This document shows, one piece after another, positions 12,201-28,100 of a DNA stretch of 64,000 nucleotides. A program made the position numbers and the translations under genes. Origin of the DNA: Lingula anatina (taxonomy: Eukaryota > Animalia > Brachiopoda); the NCBI GenBank assembly GCA_051362555.1, contig CM120647.1, positions 124,001-188,000 of the forward strand. Direction: 5' to 3'. The number at the start of each line of letters is the position of its first letter. Position 1 is the stretch's first letter. A model generated the notes under the pieces. It searched no databases, was not told where the DNA came from, and was given only the letters and a program-made list of their open reading frames with translations.

Positions 12201-14571
12201 CTTAAATAATGTAGAAGTTGTAAAGCATTATTAATATTTATTTCTATGGTATCCTAACGGTCAAAGGTCATTAAATGTTATTGTATATCAATGATATCAT
12301 ACGGTATATGATTATTAATTATATTTACGGTTTATCATACTTTATAAACAGTTTATTAATTATATTTACGGTTTATTATAATTTATATACGGTTACAAAT
12401 ATGGTTAAGGGTAAAGATATTTCTGGTATATAAAATCATTAGTGATTTAGTGAATGGATTCCATGGTGTAAGGTAATTAGTGCTTGTCAATTAAATTTGA
12501 TTTAAAACGCCACTAATATAATGTATGTTTAAGTAATATTAATGTAAAAAAATAGTTATTTTTTGGGGAGCCATATAACTGCAACACGTGGAGCAGTGAC
12601 AATTACGAGTATTCAGTGAGATGTGTTCGTGTCACATGACACTCGGGTATATAGTTGAGGTCCCGCCCTTACATTTTTAGTTTCAGCAACACGGGTCTCC
12701 GGGATCATATAGTTTTATGTTTTTATAAGTTTCATTAGTTTTAGTTCAAATCAACTCAATTCAGTTTATGTTCACATTTATTTATGCAGTAAAGACATTA
12801 TATACTACAAGAAAGTTTTCCGAGTTGTTTACGGTACGGTCACGGCAACATTAGAACTTGTATATCTTTACATCTAAACAATATTCTTCTTATCATGGGA
12901 CATGATAAATAAAATATATGACATACACACTATATCTTTACATCTAAACAATATTCTTCTTATCATGGGACATGATAAATAAAATATATGACATACACAC
13001 TACATCTTTACTTCTTATCATGGGACATGATAAATAAAATATATGACATACACACTATATCTTTACTTCTTATCATGGGACATGATAAATAAAATATATG
13101 ACATACACACTATATCTTTACATCTTAACAATATTCTTCTTATCATGGGACATGATAAATTAAATATATGACATACACACTATATCTTTACTTCTTATCA
13201 TGGGGCATGATAAATTAAATATATGACATACACACTATATCTTTACTTCTTATCATGGGACATGATAAATAAAATATATGACATACACACTATATCTTTA
13301 CTTCTTATCATGGGACATGATAAATAAAATATATGACATACACACTATATCTTTACTTCTTATCATGGGACATGATAAATAAAATATATGACATACACAC
13401 TATATCTTTACTTCTTATCATTGGACATGATAAATAAAATATATGACATACACACTATATCTTTACATCTAAACAATATTCTTCTTATCATGGGACATGA
13501 TAAATAAAATATATGACATACACACTATATCTTTACATCTAAACAATATTCTTCTTATCATGGGACATGATAAATAAAATATATGACATACACACTATAT
13601 CTTTACATCTAAACAATATTCTTCTTATCATGGGACATGATAAATAAAATATATGACATACACACTATATCTTTACATCTTAACAATATTCTTCTTATCA
13701 TGGGGCATGATAAATTAAATATATGACCTGCACTCTGTATCTCTTTGTTTATCAACTCAGTAGCTTTTCCACAAGTGAACTAGAAGTTTATCAACTCTGT
13801 GAATGCAATATGTTATTTTTACACTTGGTACCTTGAACCTCTTGTCTGCACCATTGCTATAAGTTGACAGAAGGGCACCGTCACTGCCTAGAAGTCATCT
13901 ACCTATATTTCTTCATTCTCTCCAGTTTACCAGCTAACTTTGGATAGCCAACTTGAATTCATTTACCTCTATTTCTTCATTCTCTCCAGTTTACCAGCTA
14001 ACTTTGGATAGTCAACTTGAATTCATTTACCTCTATTTCTTCATTCTATCCAGTTTACCAGCTAACTTTGGATAGTCAACTTGAATTCATTTACCTCTAT
14101 TTCTTCATTCTCTCCAGTTTACCAGCTAACTTTGGATGGTCAACTTGAATTCATCTACCTATATTTCTTCATTCTCTCCAGTTTACCAGCTAACTTTGGA
14201 CAGTTAGTTGGCTGTCCAAAGTCAGCTGGTAAACTGGAGAGAATGAAGAAATATAGGTAGATGAATTCAAGTTGGCTGTCCAAAGTTAGCTGGTAAACTG
14301 GAGAGAATGAAGAACTTGAACTATATTTCTTCATTCTCTCCGGTTACAGCTAACATTGGACAGCCAACTTGAATTGATATACATGTGCTTCATTCTTTCC
14401 AGTTTACCAGCAAACTTTGGCCAGCAGGCTTCATCCTACAGTGCAACTACCATGAATTCCCTTCCACAAATCAGTGCAATGACAGCGCCACCTGGTGGCT
14501 ATATGGGTGGGCCACCAAACAGTGTCAATAGTCCACTATATCAGCAGCCACAGCAACAACCACTCTTATAG
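104..14571 (+). CDS. STAM: Signal transducing adapter molecule (ESCRT-0), 3' part; exons 104-186, 328-418, 617-671, 832-1000, 1320-1492, 14403-14571
   Basis: GT-AG exons join in frame to KDKKVSFNEDVEVKTIE...IDE/SKMDECLDQLQNADP...LQLE/ECRQMGPLIDQELEQIDR/NHNMLMELNQKVCEALQMYNTLMNE..., matching the post-SH3 and GAT region of STAM1/2, then a P/Q/G-rich tail ending QQPLL*. 5' exons lie outside the window. Confidence 0.92.
684..805 (+). repeat. Short degenerate minisatellite (~21-23 bp, AACACAATCTACTGTCACACCC) just after a STAM donor
   Basis: About 5 units beginning ~12 nt after GT at 672; same family recurs at 1514-1667. Confidence 0.75.
1514..1667 (+). repeat. Short minisatellite (~21-23 bp) just after STAM donor at 1493
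   Basis: Repeated AACACAATCTACTGTCTC(A)CCC units. Confidence 0.8.
1674..5790. repeat. 70-bp AT-rich satellite (55-bp deletion variants), ~60 copies, in last STAM intron
   Basis: Unit GACATACACACTATATCTTTACATCTAAACAATATTCTTCTTATCATGGGACATGATAAATAAAATATAT repeats near-perfectly. Confidence 0.97.
5787..6063 (+). repeat. 5' LTR of BEL/Pao element 1
   Basis: TATAACTGCAACAC...GGTCACGGCAACA, direct repeat of 12574-12850. Confidence 0.93.
6085..11817 (+). pseudogene. BEL/Pao gag-pol polyprotein interrupted by one in-frame TGA (10777-10779)
   Basis: ORFs 6085-10779 and 10798-11817 share a frame; three Gag Cys/His knuckles, protease MLDTQS, RT FYVDD, RNase H FCDAS, integrase GVDCFGP...RSDCGTNF...GGVWER. 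Confidence 0.93.
12574..12850 (+). repeat. 3' LTR of BEL/Pao element 1
   Basis: Direct repeat of 5787-6063. Confidence 0.93.
12861..13728. repeat. Continuation of the 70/55-bp satellite (~14 copies)
   Basis: Same unit as 1674-5790, resuming at TATATCTTT after the 3' LTR plus 10 extra bp. Confidence 0.96.
13897..14402 (+). repeat. 64-bp array of STAM terminal-exon acceptor copies, including inverted copies
   Basis: TTCTTCATTCTCTCCAG|TTTACCAGCTAACTTTGG with AG ending at 13925, 13989, 14053, 14117, 14181; inverted copies ~14206-14313; degenerate copy ~14326-14375; true acceptor 14402. Confidence 0.92.
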
Positions 14572-15678
14572 GAAACCTAGATGTTAACATACCATGGACA
14601 TACAGTAACTTCTACCTAGAGGATTACCCCTGGGTTTCTTGTGCTTTTGATTTGAATGTTTGCGACACACTGCGCCCTGCTTTATGTCAAGAATTCCTTC
14701 AGGACCACAGTTGATGACAAGTCCAGTACTGAGGTGTCAACTCATTGTAGAGAATGGATATTACAAATTCATACTGCCTTCATAGTGTTGATAAGTGAAA
14801 TAGGACACATAATTACTGTCATCATAGTTGTCGGTGGTGCCTAAAATACTGCATCCCTTTTAATTTATTTGCACCCTTTTGACATAAGGTTAGAAACCAG
14901 CCTTCAGTCTGAAGTCTTTATTGCAAGTTTTCTTCACCCGATGTCCTTGGCTTCTAGAGCAGTAACAAGGCACAGGTGCTCAGGAGTGCTGTGATGCTGG
15001 GTTGTATGTCAGTTGTTGTGAATTGTGTTCATTTTGTACATAGCTTGTAGTTGGGAGCTCTCTGCTCTGACCTTGACCTTGGCCAGGGTTGAGGGCATAC
15101 AGCAGTCCACACAGGTGACACACGATGTAATATATTAAATAGGTGTATATTAAATTAATGTATATAAAATTGAAAGAGAAAATTAAAAGTGGAGACGAGT
15201 GAAGAAATGTTATTAGTTTTAGAAAAATTTGCTTGCATCATGGGATCTTGTTTGCAAACAAATGGTTTAAAAACACTTGTAATTTGATGGTCTTCTGAAG
15301 GAGCTTCTAAATTTCTGATTAATTAAGTCTTGATTGTATGATGAAGTTCAACATAAATGTGGAAGCTGACATCCCAAGGTGACCCAGTAGGTAGGCCGAT
15401 ACTATTATCTGGTAGGGTCATTTTACTGAAAGGAGTATTCAGTTATAACAAGTTTTACTAATTTTTAAAGTATCATAAAACTTTTTGTAATTTATCTTGA
15501 CACTAATTAAGTAAAACAGGCGCCCCTTTACATTCATTTTCCTTTAATCAGTGTTTTTCTTCAGTGACCTAAGATTTCATTATCCCATCTTAAATCAGTC
15601 TGCTGTTCACAGTTATATACACATTTTCTAGAAACATCTTCCCCTTCCTCTTTACTGACCAAAATTACTTGCAACTTC

Positions 15679-15748
15679 AATAAAAACAAACCTGTCTAGA
15701 ATTGGTATATATATTGATGTACATTTATTCTTCACATATTCTAATAAA
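15679..15748. terminator. Candidate convergent poly(A) signals of STAM (+: AATAAA 15679, 15743) and PSMD14 (-: 15724-15729)
   Basis: Hexamers located between the two convergent stop codons (14571 and 16014); usage not demonstrated. Confidence 0.45.
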
Positions 15749-16013
15749 GTCTTTCAACAGAACAGATCAACTTGTCATTTTTTTAAAGAGAAAATAACAT
15801 AGAAGTCATTCTGGCAGTTCTGTTCATCAAGTTTCTCTACTTTAATGGTTACAATAAGCAGAACCTGTTTTCTGTTCTGTAACATACTTCAATGATCTCC
15901 AGCATTTCTACCCAGCTGTCTGACAACACACTTCAAACAGCTCCATATGATCTCTGTCACTAGCCATAGTTACAGTGAGGATGTTCACAAGACACATTTT
16001 GTCCTCTCTCCAT

Positions 16014-23654
<7,641 letters not shown>

Positions 23655-23742
23655 GATTGGTTATCTGTGAATTTGAAAAATAAAGTCAATGAAGATAAAA
23701 CAGGCTGATGACTCTTCCCCTGTCGAAAATGCTGAATGATTC

Positions 23743-24676
23743 CACGCTCGGCTGTCACCTTGATTGGATAGTAAACGGTTGTCGTAAAATCGCTAAATGA
23801 TATTAAAACCCAGTGCATAAAGTTGAAAACCACCTAGGACAACCTTAGACTGCCACATTAATCCAATACAATGCAAAAATAAACTATAACAAGTGGTTAA
23901 AGCCTTCAAACCGAATGTCGTAAAGTCCCCATATACCTCCATAGAGACAAAAAAATATAGTAAGCTTCTGAAACAAGAAAAATCCAGTTCCAACATAAAA
24001 ATCGAAATAAAATACTGCCGGGCATCGGAGCGGCCTAAAACTTGGCACGCTTACCGCTAATACTGCAGGCTACATCATCCCGTCGCTCGTTTGTAAATTC
24101 CGTGCATGGCATACGCACAATCAAACCGTATATCCAAATTCCACCTCTGATGTTTGAATTGGTCCTCTCTAACCTACCATTACGAAAAAGAAGCCATGCC
24201 ATTGGACAATGCGACCTCTGCGGTTACGTCATTTCCTGAATTGGATTGTAGAGAGGACCAATTCAAACATCAGAGGTGGAATTTGGATATACGGTTTGAT
24301 TGTGCGTATGCCATGCACGGAATTTACAAACGAGCGACGGGATGATGTAGCCTGCAGTATTAGCGGTAAGCGTGCCAAGTTTTAGGCCGCTCCGATGCCC
24401 GGCAGTATTTTATTTCGATTTTTATGTTGGAACTGGATTTTTCTTGTTTCAGAAGCTTACTATATTTTTTGTCTCTATGGAGGTATATGGGGACTTTACG
24501 ACATTCGGTTTGAAGGCTTTAACCACTTGTTATAGTTTATTTTTGCATTGTATTGGATTAATGTGGCAGTCTAAGGTTGTCCTAGGTGGTTTTCAACTTT
24601 ATGCACTGGGTTTTAATATCATTTAGCGATTTTACGACAACCGTTTACTATCCAATCAAGGTGACAGCCGAGCGTG
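23743..24676. mobile_element. Foldback/MITE with ~429-bp near-perfect TIRs and 8-bp TSD AATGATTC, in the PSMD14 5'-UTR intron
   Basis: Arms 23743-24171 and 24249-24676 are reverse complements (one 1-bp indel seen), 77-bp spacer, termini CACGCTCGG/CCGAGCGTG, TSD at 23735-23742 and 24677-24684. Confidence 0.93.
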
Positions 24677-24803
24677 AATGATTCGACATTATTTGGCGTA
24701 CCCGGCAAAATTACAAGATGCAATTCGAATATAAGTATATTGTAAACAACAAATTATCTCAACTAAAATAACCCTGTAATGTGCATTTCTCCTCTGTACT
24801 TAC

Positions 24804-25189
24804 TTTATCGGCCTCTAAGTTCGTTTAACGATTGAATTTTACTGACGAGTGTTTGTTGGATTTCGCTTTGTCGTCTTTGAAGTCCAAAGATGGCTAACCG
24901 GAAGCTGCTTGTATCATATTTAAAAAATGAACAAACGCTGGCAAATACCATAAAACCATCATATGTAGACAAATTAATCGAGAGAAGCAATTTTTTATTA
25001 ATGTTTTACAAAATCCGATTGTTCACTTACTCCTAAAGAGAAAACCGGAATATATTTACAGATGTTACAAGCGACCCGGCTACTACCTTCGGCTGTCGTC
25101 TAGATGACAAAAAGTAGACACATCTTTTCCGTTGTTATTGAAATTATTCAGCATTTGGAAAAGGGGACATATAATTAAGTAAAAGAACG
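24804..25189. promoter_or_regulatory. PSMD14 5'-UTR exon (~24804-24900, - strand) and bidirectional PSMD14/CMC1 promoter
   Basis: Minus-strand donor AAA|GTAAGT at 24803 pairs with acceptor at 23665; YY1-type AAGATGGC (~24887) and ETS-type CCGGAA (~24898, ~25045) motifs; CMC1 ATG at 25190. Confidence 0.6.
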
Positions 25190-28100
25190 ATGGTTCTACA
25201 GCAAGAAAATGTTAAATATCCGCACATCCACCGCAACACAGATGGCAGCAAACATGAACACGACGGCAAATACGACCACACGGGAGGGCCTCATGGCTAC
25301 GGTAAGACTGTAATCTCGATCGGTTAACAGAAATGTAAATCCATTCATTTAAGTTTATTATACCACTGTAGTCACAAAGCCAAAATAAAAGCTATCAACA
25401 TTGTTCTGTATTTTTAACGATTTCTTTTAAAGGCCATCCATTTTAACAAGTCTTAGCTTGAAAAACAGGGTCTACAGCTTCTACAGTACACTGATACCCT
25501 GAAATATACAGAAAGATTTAATTTCAACCCGTAAAATATGTCTTACGAGTAGTAACCTATGGGCGGCCAAAAGGGCAAAAATTCATGTCGTCAATTCAGT
25601 TATGTTTCGTCGATTCACTGCCTTCCCATCGATTCAGTTTCAAGTTAAAATGATCCTGTCATAAATTCATCATCTACTTTCGTCAATTCAATTGTCAAAC
25701 ATTTCTCATCTACGGTGTATTAAAACCAATGCTGTCACTATTTTCGTCGGTCGTGTAACTATTCTCGTCGATCGTCAAACTATTTTCGTCGGTCGTGTAA
25801 CTATTCTCGTTGATCGTGTAACTATTCTCGTCGATCGTCTAACTGTTCTCGTCGATCCTGTAATGTCACCTCATCATTCATCGATCGATCGCCAGAGGGC
25901 GCTGCGGTAGCACATTGGCCTATCACATGACTATCAAAATGGCAAACAACAAAATGATTGCTAGTGAAATAAGAACATTTTCTCAACAATTTCAATTTTA
26001 ATTGTTCATAATTAAAATCTATTCGGTTGTAGGGACATTATTTTCTAGTTGTTTTCAACTCTGACCATGGCTGGCCAAGTTAAAAATTACCGCATGATTG
26101 ACAGACAGAAGCACGTGTTGCTACCGCAGCGCCCTCTGGCGATCGATCGATGAGACGATCGACGAGAATAGTTACACGATTGACGAGATTACTTACACGA
26201 TCGACGAGATAAGACAATCGACGAGAATAGTTACACGATCGTCGAAAATAGTGACAGCATTGGTTTTAATACACCGTACACCGAGAAATGTTTGACAATT
26301 GAATTGACGAAAGTAGATGTTGAATTTATGACAGGATCGTTTTAACTTGAAACTGAATCGATGGGAAGGCAGTGAATCGACGAAACATAACTGAATCGAC
26401 GACATGAATTTTTGCCCTTTTGGCTGCCCATAGTAACCCTTACTAGGTATATCAGAAAAAAATTGAAACTGATCAGAAAATTATAATACTTATATCTTCT
26501 GAAAGGTAATGCAAAAAACAGATGAATTATTTTGGAATTTTTAAAATATTCCTACAAGCAACAAAGATATTGAAGTTTTTTAACTGCTAAATTTCACCAA
26601 AAGTGTCCACAGTTTTCAGCTAAAAACCTGTGACCACTAACTGTGATGGGTCCCTGTCATTTTGAACAATAAAGGTTACCACAAAACTAACAATTTGTTA
26701 CTTTTATTTTTTCAAGTTTCCTTATTCTTTATTTAGCACAAGAACGGCTTTACTTTTGGATTTTATAACTTTTTTCTCACAAGATTGAAAGTTCTGTTGC
26801 AGCACTGGCGTTTCTATTGCTAATTTGTGATCTGACAAGGCTGCGTGTCTCACAAGGGTAGAGTTTTGATAATTTCTGTACTGAGCATTCTTCACCATCC
26901 CATTATGTTTATTTGCAGATGTACATGCATCACAACACATGAAATCAGTCCCATCCTCATTTTTTTGATACCTTAACCAAGCAAAGAGCTTTGTCCAGTG
27001 TTGTTTGAAGGAACGGATTTTCCTTTTTGACTCCGTTTTTGCCTCCGTCAAAACTTCATCCATGTCACTCTCACTCTCAGCCTCAACGGCAGTCACAGCG
27101 TTTACTGTCTCAGAAGTTTTCTCTAACTCTGCTTGACTCTGTCTCACCTTAGATATGTTCAATATTGTCTGTTGGCTACTGTCTATTAATAATTGCTTTT
27201 TCGGAAGCATGGTTGCTGAGCAGACAAACACGCTGCGCAAAATCTATTTTAGTCGAAAATAGGTCAAGTGAAGAGTGGAGTGTGCAAAGCAGACGAACAG
27301 TTTTGCCATTACTAACGATTGATATTATTGGCTATTTGATGCATAAACAGCCAATCAGCTGGCATTTAACACTTACAGTCTAACCAGAAGCTATTTTAAC
27401 ATTCAATACAACAACGGGAAAGCGAACGTGATTAACCTACTTTAATGACTAGTATTTTATGCGGATCAGCGATGCATATGGACAGGTTATTTACGAATCT
27501 CACACAATTTAAAATCTTTGCATCCATGGGGACGCATATGCTATAAAACTCTGCGTCTACAGTAAAAATTGTGCGTCAGGGACTCGGGATGCAGAGGTAA
27601 AATGATCACTGGTGTATACTCTTTCATTTTGAACAAGTATTGAGTATATGTATGTTATCAATTCCACAGGAGACCCAGAATCAGACCATGTCAGCATCCA
27701 TGACCTGACCTTGATACGAAACAGACAGCATGACTTAGCTTACTATGAGAAGTGTAAACAAGAGGCCACAGGTATATATAGACAGTAGTATGACTTAGCT
27801 TACTATGAGAAGTGTAAACAAGAGGCCACAGGTATGTATAGACAGTATGACTTAGCTTTCTATGAGAAGTGTAAACAAGAGGCCACAGGTATATATAGAC
27901 AGTAGTATGACTTAGCTTACTATGAGAAGTGTAAACAAGAGGCCACAGGTATGTATAGACAGTATGACTTAGCTTACTATGAGAAGTGTAAACAAGAGGC
28001 CACAGGTATATATAGACAGTATGACTTAGCTTACTATGAGAAGTGTAAACAAGAGGCCACAGGTATATATAGATAGTATGACTTAGCTTACTATGAGAAG

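Larger units (their letters stand above)
5787..12850 (+). mobile_element. BEL/Pao LTR retrotransposon 1, full length, inserted in the satellite
   Basis: 277-bp LTRs (5787-6063, 12574-12850; 3 mismatches seen), purine tract GGGGAGCCA before the 3' LTR, gag-PR-RT-RNaseH-IN order typical of BEL/Pao; no canonical TSD. Confidence 0.96.

Noticed and set aside
23705-23730. CTGATGA...CGAAA resembling a hammerhead ribozyme core
   Set aside because: Stem II lacks the required G-C closing pair and no supporting stems I/III were found.
23793-24626. Mirror-image ORFs on opposite strands
   Set aside because: Consequence of the foldback element's inverted arms.
26722-27240. Host zinc-finger gene nested in CMC1
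   Set aside because: Truncated right after the finger and preceded by a transposon-like terminus; better explained as a hAT remnant.
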